From Butyrivibrio sp. (lineage in GTDB: Bacteria > Bacillota > Clostridia > Lachnospirales > Lachnospiraceae), in contig SVGA01000015.1 of NCBI GenBank assembly GCA_015056575.1, forward strand, positions 1,370 through 65,369: a DNA stretch of 64,000 bases. Reading direction: 5' to 3'. The translations under genes and the position numbers were made by a program. Shown here in pieces: positions 53,845 through 63,072 of this stretch. Under the pieces are notes generated by a model, which saw only the letters and a list, made by a program, of their open reading frames with translations, had not been told where the DNA came from and searched no databases. Position 1 is the first letter of the stretch. Each line of letters begins with the position of its first letter.

Positions 53845-55236
53845 CTAGAATCTAAAATACATAAACGGATTTCCCGATGCATTGGACAGACTGAAAATGC
53901 ATGCCCAGAACAGGAAGAACCAGAGGATCGTAAATATCAGATGTCTTCTGTGATTTTCCCAGAATTTGAACACTCCGGGGATCAGAAGGATTAGTCCGGG
54001 CGCCAGTACAGGCCAGTACACCGTAAGTTTTTTTATCACATCCGTATCGTTAACAGCTATTCCGGCTCCGAAGAAGGGGAACAGTCTTGAAAAATAGTCC
54101 GCCAGCATAACCCTGTCGGAAATTGCGAATATGACCCAGGTTAAGGGTATCAGCACAAGAACATTGAAATGTCCGACAAATCCTGCGATCTTCTTAGGAA
54201 GGTACCGGAAAACCAGGTACTTCTCACAGACAATGATTGCAAAAAGCACAAGGCCCCAGAGAATGAAATTAACGCTTACGCCGTGCCAGAATCCCGTAAC
54301 CAGCCAGACAACCAGAAGATTAAGGAATGTTCTGCCATTTCCCTTTCTGCTTCCGCCCAAGGGAATATAGATATAATCCCTAAACCAGGATCCAAGTGTC
54401 ACATGCCATCTTCTGTAAAACTCAGACACGCCCGAGGATCCGTAAGGGTGATCAAAGTTAAGAACGAAGGGAAATCCCAGCATAATTCCCACGCCGGCTG
54501 CCATAAGGGAATAACCCCAGAAATCAAAGTACAGCTCCAGAGAATAGGTCACGGCTCCGAGCCAGGCAAGGGGCGTAGAAATGCTCTCATAGCCGATGGT
54601 ACCGATCTCTTTCCAGAGCATTGCAAGATGATCCGCAAGAAGAACTTTCATAGCAAGGCCTGCCACAAAATACAGCAGTCCGTCCTCCAATGCCACAAGA
54701 ATAGTGCGAAGTTTCTTTCTTCCGTGTGCCCGTCCGCGCTTCTCATCACTGTCTGTCAGCATCCGGTTATTTTCATAGTCCTCAAATCGCATGATAGGGC
54801 CCGAAACCAGCTGCGGGAACATGCAAAAATAAGCGGCAACATCTTTAAATGCCGCATCCGCCTTCACTTTGTTTCTATACACATCCACCTGATAGGAAAT
54901 CATCTTGAAAATGTAGAAGCTTATGCCCACCGGTAAGAGAGTGTTGTCAACATACTGTCCAAGGATCTTGAATTCCACCAGCATGAGCGCATCGATAAGG
55001 ACAATAAAGATGAGCATGAATCTACTCTTTTCCCCGGACTGTACCCGGGAAAAAAGGTAGTTGACAACTACGGCTCCCACAAGAGCCGGAAGCATCCTAG
55101 GATCCCCCACAGCATAAAACAAAAGACTCCCCAGTAAAAGAGTCCATGTTCTAAACCTGGAAGGGGTAAGATAAAAAGCTATGACAAAAACAGGCAAAAA
55201 CCTGAAAATAAAATTTAAATCCGAAAAATTTATCAT
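53845..55236 (-). CDS. MBOAT-family O-acyltransferase (AlgI/DltB/PatA-like)
   Basis: Signature RRWHVTLGSWFRDYIYIPLGG in a multi-TM protein. The start was moved to ATG 55236 (MINFSDLNFIFRFLP). Confidence 0.88.
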   Translation of the reverse strand: MINFSDLNFIFRFLPVFVIAFYLTPSRFRTWTLLLGSLLFYAVGDPRMLPALVGAVVVNYLFSRVQSGEKSRFMLIFIVLIDALMLVEFKILGQYVDNTLLPVGISFYIFKMISYQVDVYRNKVKADAAFKDVAAYFCMFPQLVSGPIMRFEDYENNRMLTDSDEKRGRAHGRKKLRTILVALEDGLLYFVAGLAMKVLLADHLAMLWKEIGTIGYESISTPLAWLGAVTYSLELYFDFWGYSLMAAGVGIMLGFPFVLNFDHPYGSSGVSEFYRRWHVTLGSWFRDYIYIPLGGSRKGNGRTFLNLLVVWLVTGFWHGVSVNFILWGLVLFAIIVCEKYLVFRYLPKKIAGFVGHFNVLVLIPLTWVIFAISDRVMLADYFSRLFPFFGAGIAVNDTDVIKKLTVYWPVLAPGLILLIPGVFKFWENHRRHLIFTILWFFLFWACIFSLSNASGNPFMYFRF

Positions 55237-55275
55237 TTCCCCACTGACTTTTCCATAAAAAATGGTCACAGATCA

Positions 55276-56694
55276 TCAGTTGCCGGAGTTGTTGATCTCC
55301 GCCAGCTTGGTCTGGGCACCCTGAGCACTCTTGGTATCAGGGAACCGTGTAACCACTTCATCAAATATTTCTTTTGCCTTATCTGTATTGCCGCTGGCGT
55401 GATAAGCATTGCCCAGGTAATACAGGGTGTTTACGTTAGTATTGTCGTACTGATAAGCCTTTGAAAGATTGGCAATGGCTGTCTCATAATCTTCTGCCTT
55501 GTAGGCATCATATCCGGTACTGTAGTAGCTTCCGGCAAGGCTGGGACCAACTTTTCCCATAAGGAAGCTGTAGAGAGAGGTAAACTCCTCCGATACATCC
55601 CCACTTATGGCATCGAGATCAAGCTTCTCAAGAGCTTCCGCCATCCCATCGATATTACCGGGGTCTTCCATATAGATATTTACCGCCTTCATAAGGCTGT
55701 TCATGGCTGCGGATGTAGAATCCACGCCCTCATAATCGGTAACCTGTGTCCGAAGCTCCTCGATCTCGGACTCCAGGGATGCGATCTTTTGTTCATTCTC
55801 ATTGATCTGGGCCGATTTGGAATCGGACTCCTCGCTGATCCTTGCGATCTTTTCCTGACTGTCTGAGTTGGCGGTCTGTATCCTCTGAGGAAGGATAAGG
55901 AAACAGGTGACAGCAATACCAAGAGCCAGTCCCAAAAGGATCCCCCAAATGGAGTTGCTCCTTGTAATGGCCGACTTCTTCACCGGCTGAATGATCATCT
56001 CATTGCCGCTGTTGTATCTGATAACATCATCGCTCTCGGAGGCAGCAATATCTGATACCAGTTTGCCACTCTCACCGGGAAGCAGCATACTGTCCGCTTC
56101 CTTGAGATATCTTTTTGCAATGACATTTCCCGAATCCAGCTTAAGTGCCTTCTGGGATTCAACCTTGGCCTTATCCCAGTTGCCGTTATTAAGATATAAA
56201 AGCGCAAGTAAAAGATGCGCCTTGATAAATCCGGAATTTAACTGAAGCACCTTCTTGAGCTGTATCACCGCCAGATCAAGGCTTCCCTGCTGACAATAAT
56301 TCAGCGCAATATTAAACTTCTTTATGGTCTGGTTCACGCTCTCCAAGCGGGATGGGTTGTTACGCACCATATCCATATAGCCGTCGGCGATGTTGTTGTC
56401 TGTGCTGAGGTTCTTGCTGATAACCCACTCCGACAGAGCCGGCACTACCTCTCCTGTCTCGTAATAAACCAGTCCCAGAAGGTTTCTTGCATCTATATTG
56501 TTCTTGTCCAGCTTAAGGCTCTGCCTTAATGACTCGATAGCCCCCGACAGATCGCGTACCCCGGACTTTTCCAGACCTTCATTGTAGTACCAGTTGGACA
56601 TACTTACCAGTTTCTTGTAGGTCCTAACCCTTGTTCCGCAGCCGGGACATATATCTTTATCGTTTAACTGTGCTCCACAGTGAAAACATTTCAT
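55276..56694 (-). CDS. zinc-ribbon / TPR / single-TM / coiled-coil protein
   Basis: N-terminal CFHCG-x11-CPGCG, TPR repeats, the TM helix IWGILLGLALGIAVTCFLIL, and C-terminal TPR repeats. Confidence 0.8.
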   Translation of the reverse strand: MKCFHCGAQLNDKDICPGCGTRVRTYKKLVSMSNWYYNEGLEKSGVRDLSGAIESLRQSLKLDKNNIDARNLLGLVYYETGEVVPALSEWVISKNLSTDNNIADGYMDMVRNNPSRLESVNQTIKKFNIALNYCQQGSLDLAVIQLKKVLQLNSGFIKAHLLLALLYLNNGNWDKAKVESQKALKLDSGNVIAKRYLKEADSMLLPGESGKLVSDIAASESDDVIRYNSGNEMIIQPVKKSAITRSNSIWGILLGLALGIAVTCFLILPQRIQTANSDSQEKIARISEESDSKSAQINENEQKIASLESEIEELRTQVTDYEGVDSTSAAMNSLMKAVNIYMEDPGNIDGMAEALEKLDLDAISGDVSEEFTSLYSFLMGKVGPSLAGSYYSTGYDAYKAEDYETAIANLSKAYQYDNTNVNTLYYLGNAYHASGNTDKAKEIFDEVVTRFPDTKSAQGAQTKLAEINNSGN

Positions 56695-56696
56695 TG

Positions 56697-56861
56697 TTAC
56701 CTGGTCCTCTTTGCAGTATCTGCCTCTTCTTTTGCTTCCTTAAGAAGCTTCACAAGGACATCGGACATATCGTCCAGATCCCTGTTGTAGATAATGTCTT
56801 CCGCATCCTGTATCTCAAGGCTGGGCTTGAATTTTTTGAGTTCTTCTTCAAAGTTTAACAT
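56697..56861 (-). CDS. small acidic protein (54 aa), not in the ORF track
   Basis: My own translation gives MLNFEEELKKFKPSLEIQDAEDIIYNRDLDDMSDVLVKLLKEAKEEADTAKRTR. A GAGGAA SD is present. The gene sits 9 nt after the folC stop and 2 nt before the next start. Confidence 0.5.
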   Translation of the reverse strand: MLNFEEELKKFKPSLEIQDAEDIIYNRDLDDMSDVLVKLLKEAKEEADTAKRTR

Positions 56862-56870
56862 AACATTCCT

Positions 56871-58250
56871 CTAAACCAGTGACTTGATCTCTCCTGCCAG
56901 ATAAAGGGAACCTCCGGCAAATATCAGGTCTTTGGATTTTCTCATGGTTATGATGTCTGTTACGGCATCTCTTACATTGCTGTAGTACTTGATGGGCAGT
57001 CCGATGATCCCCAGCTCGTCCTTACTGTCCTCGAAAGCGATCTTAAGATCCGAAACCGATACGGATCTGTCTGTTGCCAGCGCAGTCACATAAATAGATT
57101 CAAACTGCCTGCTCTTAAGGATCCTCAGGATCATATCCTTGTATTCCTTGTCCCCGACAACGCCAAAAAGCAACAGCTTTCTGCCTTCGCACTCTATTTG
57201 ACCGACACTGTCCAAAAATGCATCGATCCCGTCCACGTTATGGGCTCCGTCCACATAAATTCCGGGGCGGATCTCTTCCATCCTGCCCTCCCACTTAGCT
57301 GCAAGAAGCCCCTGCCTTATCTCAAGTTCCGAGATCCTGACTCCCATGTCCCTTAAAACCTCGAGACATGTCACCGCCACAGCGCCGTTTTCCGCTTGGT
57401 ATCTGGCTTCCGTGGCCAATTTCAGGTCAGTATATTTATCATATAAGGAATTATAGGAAAAAGCAATGCATTTGTTGCCTGCTTCATCCCTTGAAAGTCT
57501 CACATTCTCTATGTTTCTGCTCTCCACCTGTATCGCCCTGCAGTCCAGCTTCAAAGCCCTCTGTTTGATAACTTCGGTACTCTCGGGTCTCTTGTCAAAA
57601 AAGACTACGGGGACGCCGGGCTTTATGATACCGGCCTTCTCCGCGGCGATATCCTCAATGGTTGTGCCAAGATACTGCATATGGTCGTAGCCTATCTCGG
57701 TGATGACCGTAAGTATCGGCTTTTCCACGGAGTTTGTAGCATCGAGCCTTCCCCCAAGGCCTGTCTCAAGGATCAGGAAATCCACGGGATATACATCATA
57801 AAGGATCATGGCCACAAAAAACAGAAGTTCAAAGCTTGTGGGAAAGAATCCCTCTCTGCCAAACTCATCTATGCGTCTTAAGGTCTCTGTAAAAACCTCC
57901 ACAAAGACGCCTTCACTGATGGGTTTGCCGTCAATGGCAAATCTCTCATTGACTTTTATAAGGTGCGGGGATGTAAACATCCCCACGCTGTAATCCGCTT
58001 TAACAAGAGCCGATGAGATATAGCTGCACACCGACCCTTTTCCGTTAGTTCCCGCCACATGTATTATTGGTATATTTCTGTCGGGGGCTCCCAGGAAATC
58101 AAGAAATTCCCTGGTAGTCTCCGGGCCATGCTCATCAGTGAATCCCGGCACTTTGTTAATAAGTGCCTCACACTCCCCCATGGTGATCTTCTCACCATTG
58201 TCGCAGCGCTTAAGGAAATCACTGACAGCCTGCTGTAAAATCTCGTCCAT
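56871..58250 (-). CDS. folC: bifunctional folylpolyglutamate synthase / dihydrofolate synthase
   Basis: Mur-ligase P-loop HVAGTNGKGS, with FolC-like length and layout. Confidence 0.9.
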   Translation of the reverse strand: MDEILQQAVSDFLKRCDNGEKITMGECEALINKVPGFTDEHGPETTREFLDFLGAPDRNIPIIHVAGTNGKGSVCSYISSALVKADYSVGMFTSPHLIKVNERFAIDGKPISEGVFVEVFTETLRRIDEFGREGFFPTSFELLFFVAMILYDVYPVDFLILETGLGGRLDATNSVEKPILTVITEIGYDHMQYLGTTIEDIAAEKAGIIKPGVPVVFFDKRPESTEVIKQRALKLDCRAIQVESRNIENVRLSRDEAGNKCIAFSYNSLYDKYTDLKLATEARYQAENGAVAVTCLEVLRDMGVRISELEIRQGLLAAKWEGRMEEIRPGIYVDGAHNVDGIDAFLDSVGQIECEGRKLLLFGVVGDKEYKDMILRILKSRQFESIYVTALATDRSVSVSDLKIAFEDSKDELGIIGLPIKYYSNVRDAVTDIITMRKSKDLIFAGGSLYLAGEIKSLV

Positions 58251-58273
58251 AAAACCGTCCGTTACCGCAGATA

Positions 58274-60946
58274 TTACTTGGTAAGCTGAGCCAGACGCTC
58301 TGTGACCTGGTCATAAGTCTGCTGGTATTTCTGCTGTTTTTCTTTTTCCTCTGCGATCTTGTCTGCAGGAGCCTTTGAAAGGAACTTCTCATTGCTGAGC
58401 ATATTCCCGGATCTCTTGAGCTCTCCCTCGAGCTTCTTCTGTTCCTTGGTAAGACGCTCGATCTCAGCCTGCAGATCTACAAGGTCAGAGAAGGGTATAT
58501 ATACTGTTGCATCAGGCAGCACAACTGAAACAGCATCATCAGCGATCCCGTCCTTGCCGCTCTGGCAAACGGATTCCGAAGCATAAGCCAGTGACTCAAA
58601 GAAGAGCCTTGATGAACCGAAGATATCAAGAACCTCTCTGTTGTCGCTGACAACATATACCTTAGCTTTTCTTGAAGGAGCTACGTTCATCTGTGTCCTT
58701 ACATTACGGATGCCGCGAACTGCCTCCTTGATGGTCTCGATGGCCTTCTCATCCTCTTCAAAATCCCACTCATCCTTGTATACGGGCCAATCAGAGATCA
58801 TAATGGACTCTTCCTCATCCTGAAGAGTGCAGAAAATCTCCTCTGTGATGAAAGGCATGTAAGGATGAAGGAGCTTAAGGGCATTTATCAGAACAGTCTG
58901 CAGAGTCCACAGAGCTGCCTCATGGGATGCTGCGTCATCTGAGTTGTAAAGACGGGGCTTAACCATCTCGATGTACCAGTCGCAGAACTCATCCCAGATA
59001 AAGTCATAAACCTTCTGAACAGCGATACCAAGCTCGAACTTATCCATATTCTCGGTAACTTCCCTGATGGTCCTGTTGAGCTTGGAGAGGATCCACTTAT
59101 CAACCTTCTCAAGGCTTGCAGGCTGCGGCTGATGTATAGCTGAAGGAGCATCCTCCGCCATGTTCATCATGATAAATCTTGAAGCATTCCATACCTTATT
59201 GGCAAAGTTACGGCTGTTTTCAACTCTCTCATTATAGAAACGCATGTCGTTACCGGGGGCGTTTCCGGTTACGATGGTAAGACGCAGAGCGTCCGCACCG
59301 TAGTTCTCGATAACCTCCAGTGGATCGATACCGTTTCCAAGAGATTTACTCATCTTCCTGCCCTGGGAATCCCTGATAAGACCGTGGAAAAGAACTGTCT
59401 TGAAGGGGTAGGTTCCCATCTGCTCATAGCTTGAGAAGATCATTCTGATAACCCAGAAGAAGATGATGTCATAGCCGGTTACAAGCACATCTGTAGGGAA
59501 GAAGTACTTAAGCTCTTTGGTGTCATGAGGCCATCCAAGGGTCTCAAAAGGCCAGAGGGCTGATGAAAACCATGTATCCAGTGTATCGGGATCCTGTGTG
59601 AAGTGCGTATGGCCACACTTAGGGCATACTGCCGGTGTCTCTTTTGCCACAACAACTTCACCACACTTGTCGCAGTAATATGCGGGAATCCTATGTCCCC
59701 ACCAGAGCTGTCTTGAAATACACCAGTCTCTGATATTATCTGTCCAGTTGTAGTAGATCTTGTCCATTCTCGGAGGGATAAGCTTGATCTCACCCTCTTT
59801 AACAGCCTTAACTGCGGGCTTAATGAGCTCATCCATCTTAACAAACCACTGAGCCTTGATCATGGGCTCTACTGTTGTATGGCAGCGGTCGTGGGTTCCT
59901 ACGTTGTGAGAATAATCCTCGATTTCAACAAGAAGCCCCATCTCATCAAGTTCCTTAACAATGGCCTCTCTGCACTCATATCTGTCCATGCCTTCAAACT
60001 TGCCGCCGTTGGCATTTATCGTGGCATCGTCATTGAGGATGTTAACTTCGGGAAGATTGTGACGCTTTCCTACCTCAAAGTCGTTAGGGTCATGAGCGGG
60101 TGTGATCTTAACCACGCCGGTACCGAATTCCATATCTACATAGCTGTCCTCTATAATAGGAAGCTGTCTGTTAACAATAGGTAAAAGAACCTTCTTGCCC
60201 CTGAAGTCCTTGTATCTGTAATCCTCGGGATTTACCGCTACAGCGGTATCTCCAAGCATGGTCTCGGGACGGGTTGTGGCAAACTCTATGAACCTGGTTG
60301 TGGAAACAGAGCCGTCATCCTCGATAAGAGGATACTTAATGTGCCAAAGATGGCCTGCCTGCTCCTCGTACTCAACCTCAGCATCGGAAATGGAGGTCTT
60401 ACATACAGGACACCAGTTAACGATCCTGCTGCCCTTATATATATAGCCTTTTTCATGCATCTTGAGGAAAACTTCGGTAACGGCCTCGTTACAGCCCTCA
60501 TCCATGGTAAAGCGCTCTCTGTCCCAGTCGCAGGAAGAGCCCAGCTTTTTCAGCTGAGAAACGATGGTTCCGCCGTACTCCTTCTTCCACTCCCAGGCCT
60601 TCTCAAGGAACTTTTCACGTCCAAGCTCTCTTTTATCAATGCCCTGCTTCTTGAGCTCATTTGTGATCCTGACCTCAGTAGCAATGCTGGCGTGATCGGT
60701 TCCCGGCTGCCAAAGGGCGTTATATCCCTGCATTCTCTTCCATCTGATAAGGATGTCCTGAAGGGTCTGGTCAAAAGCGTGACCCATGTGGAGCTTACCT
60801 GTGATGTTTGGCGGCGGGATAACAATGGTAAAGGGCTTTTTGGTCTCGTCAACCTCGGCGTGGAAGTACTTCTTTTCCTCCCACTTGGAATAGAGACGTC
60901 CCTCTATATCCTTTGGATTATAGGTTTTTTCCAGTTCTTTTTTCAT
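58274..60946 (-). CDS. valS: valine--tRNA ligase
   Basis: PPPNITGKLHMGH (HIGH), KMSKSLGN, and a C-terminal coiled coil. Confidence 0.97.
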   Translation of the reverse strand: MKKELEKTYNPKDIEGRLYSKWEEKKYFHAEVDETKKPFTIVIPPPNITGKLHMGHAFDQTLQDILIRWKRMQGYNALWQPGTDHASIATEVRITNELKKQGIDKRELGREKFLEKAWEWKKEYGGTIVSQLKKLGSSCDWDRERFTMDEGCNEAVTEVFLKMHEKGYIYKGSRIVNWCPVCKTSISDAEVEYEEQAGHLWHIKYPLIEDDGSVSTTRFIEFATTRPETMLGDTAVAVNPEDYRYKDFRGKKVLLPIVNRQLPIIEDSYVDMEFGTGVVKITPAHDPNDFEVGKRHNLPEVNILNDDATINANGGKFEGMDRYECREAIVKELDEMGLLVEIEDYSHNVGTHDRCHTTVEPMIKAQWFVKMDELIKPAVKAVKEGEIKLIPPRMDKIYYNWTDNIRDWCISRQLWWGHRIPAYYCDKCGEVVVAKETPAVCPKCGHTHFTQDPDTLDTWFSSALWPFETLGWPHDTKELKYFFPTDVLVTGYDIIFFWVIRMIFSSYEQMGTYPFKTVLFHGLIRDSQGRKMSKSLGNGIDPLEVIENYGADALRLTIVTGNAPGNDMRFYNERVENSRNFANKVWNASRFIMMNMAEDAPSAIHQPQPASLEKVDKWILSKLNRTIREVTENMDKFELGIAVQKVYDFIWDEFCDWYIEMVKPRLYNSDDAASHEAALWTLQTVLINALKLLHPYMPFITEEIFCTLQDEEESIMISDWPVYKDEWDFEEDEKAIETIKEAVRGIRNVRTQMNVAPSRKAKVYVVSDNREVLDIFGSSRLFFESLAYASESVCQSGKDGIADDAVSVVLPDATVYIPFSDLVDLQAEIERLTKEQKKLEGELKRSGNMLSNEKFLSKAPADKIAEEKEKQQKYQQTYDQVTERLAQLTK

Positions 60947-60970
60947 AATTATCTCCTTATAAAACGGGTA

Positions 60971-62608
60971 TCAGCTGTGCTGAGCTTTATCCAGTGACTT
61001 CTTGGAGATCACTGCGTCATGAAGCAGCACCACTTCGCCCTTCTTATGATCTTTTACCTCGTAAAGCGCATTGTCTGCGGCATACATGTAATCCCAAAGC
61101 TTGTTGCTCTCCTTGGGTACTGAATTTCTTATTCCCTGTGAAATGGTAATATATCCCACCTCACGATTACGGTCACTTCGGATCTTGAAGCCGGCCACCT
61201 GATTGCGGAGGCCCATTGCAAAGCTCATGATCTGCTCATCAGTCATATTCTCGTATACAATGACAAATTCGTCCCCGCCATATCTGAAGGCATGAATTCC
61301 TTCATCGCTGCGGCACAGGGCAATGATGGAATCAGCTATTCTCTTAAGGCACTGATCACCGGCCTGATGCCCATAGGTATCATTATAGTATTTGAAGTTA
61401 TCCACATCAAGAATTTCAACGGCCAGTGAATACTTGCCTGCATAAGCCTCCTCGAAGGCTGCCTCGGCGAACTTGTTGAGACCGTATCTGTTTCCCAGAC
61501 CGGTAAGAGAGTCTGTCTCAGCCTGCTTTTGCAGAACCGAATTCTCCTTCTCTATAACCGCAAGCCTGTTCCTCATATTTAAAAAGAACTTGTGGTTAGC
61601 AATGCTCTCTTTTTCCTGCTCCATGGAAGCATTAAAGAACTCCTCGTAAGCTTTGGCCTTCTTTTCGGGCTTACCCATCTTATCATAGAACTCTATCTTG
61701 AGTTTGGCATAGCCCTTCTTCAGATTGGGGATGTTGAGTTCGGTCAACGAGATCTCAATGTTCTTGATGATCCTCGTGACCTCTCCGACTCGTCCGACCC
61801 CCATGAGGAAACGGCACACGCCAAAGGTATCTTCCATACCGTCTAAGGGGATCTTGTCATTCTGAAGGGTAACGGAAAGCATATCCGCATACTTTTCAAA
61901 AAGATCCATCTCCCCGAGATAATAGTATCCTCTCATTAAAATATCCAGAACAGGAAGGTCAAGGAAATATTCTCTGCTAACGGCCCTGTCCTGTTCCAGC
62001 TGATTGATGCCCTGAAGACACTTCTCCACGGAATCCTTTTTATCAAGAAGTATATAGCAATCAGCCTGGAAGCAATAACAGTAAAGAAGGTTTCTGAAGT
62101 ACAGACTGTCCTTCTTGTTGCGGCGTATTCCCTTATATGCCGCCCTGATATGTGCCAGTGCGGATTTGATGTCTCCGGTGTCGAAATATATCTGTCCGAT
62201 ATTAAACTGAAGAAAGCCTGCAATACTGGACTTTGTCGGCATCTCTTCGCAATACTTGAGGCCTGTCAGATAGAAATCCAGCGCAAGCTCCGGATTGCCG
62301 TGGCTCAAAGCATCTATTCCCAGAAGGTTGTAACATCTGGCCAGGTGCTCCAAATCACCGCAGGTCTGTAAAAGCTCGATGGCTTTCAGCAGATTAAGAT
62401 TGAATTTCTTGTTATCTGTACTTATAAGATAGTAAGCGTCCGCAAGGTAATAATATGCATATCCCAAAAGCCGGATATCCCCGCTATCCTTGGCCTTGCG
62501 AAGGAGCTGGTTGCAGGTTCCTATAAGATTAGGAGAAAGCTGCGCACGTTCCGTAAGCATCCTGCTGTTAAGTTCAACTATATCCCTACCGTAATCTTCT
62601 ATATTCAT
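60971..62608 (-). CDS. diguanylate cyclase with an N-terminal TPR-like helical-repeat sensor
   Basis: DSLTGLGNRYG and RYGGDEFVIV (canonical GGDEF). The start was moved to ATG 62608 (GGGAGA SD). Confidence 0.88.
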   Translation of the reverse strand: MNIEDYGRDIVELNSRMLTERAQLSPNLIGTCNQLLRKAKDSGDIRLLGYAYYYLADAYYLISTDNKKFNLNLLKAIELLQTCGDLEHLARCYNLLGIDALSHGNPELALDFYLTGLKYCEEMPTKSSIAGFLQFNIGQIYFDTGDIKSALAHIRAAYKGIRRNKKDSLYFRNLLYCYCFQADCYILLDKKDSVEKCLQGINQLEQDRAVSREYFLDLPVLDILMRGYYYLGEMDLFEKYADMLSVTLQNDKIPLDGMEDTFGVCRFLMGVGRVGEVTRIIKNIEISLTELNIPNLKKGYAKLKIEFYDKMGKPEKKAKAYEEFFNASMEQEKESIANHKFFLNMRNRLAVIEKENSVLQKQAETDSLTGLGNRYGLNKFAEAAFEEAYAGKYSLAVEILDVDNFKYYNDTYGHQAGDQCLKRIADSIIALCRSDEGIHAFRYGGDEFVIVYENMTDEQIMSFAMGLRNQVAGFKIRSDRNREVGYITISQGIRNSVPKESNKLWDYMYAADNALYEVKDHKKGEVVLLHDAVISKKSLDKAQHS

Positions 62609-63072
62609 ACACCGTCTCCCGAATACTCTCCCAAAACTAATATTCAATATTTTACATCAACAACAAGAAGCTATCAAGAAAGAAGTATAATTGGCGAAAA
62701 GCCGCATAGATACTGCGTTTTGGCAGCATTTATGACGTCATCGTCATATTATATTTTAGTTTACATAATGCTATAAACCAATTCAGTCATTAGCCTGCTT
62801 TTATAGTAAATCCACCGCTCTTTTATCAGCATATTTAAATGCCCTATTTATGCGGCATTCGAAAATACGTTCATGGATTAATCCCCAATTTCCACAGAGT
62901 TATCCACATGACGTTTATGTCATTAAAGCCCAACTTTGCCATCATTTATCTGTATATTGAGCAAATTGTTGGACACTTTCGAACATTTTTATCATTTTTG
63001 TGGTTTACATAATTTTATCTTTTCCCTATTTATGTAAACTACTTTTTAAGATTCTTATGATTATCCCGGCTC

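Noticed and set aside
62900-62908. Perfect DnaA box TTATCCACA (a second one on the minus strand at 46259..46267); possible oriC
   Set aside because: These are two isolated perfect 9-mers 16 kb apart, where about 0.5 are expected by chance in 64 kb on two strands. There is no cluster of boxes, no dnaA/dnaN, and no AT-rich unwinding element next to a box cluster.
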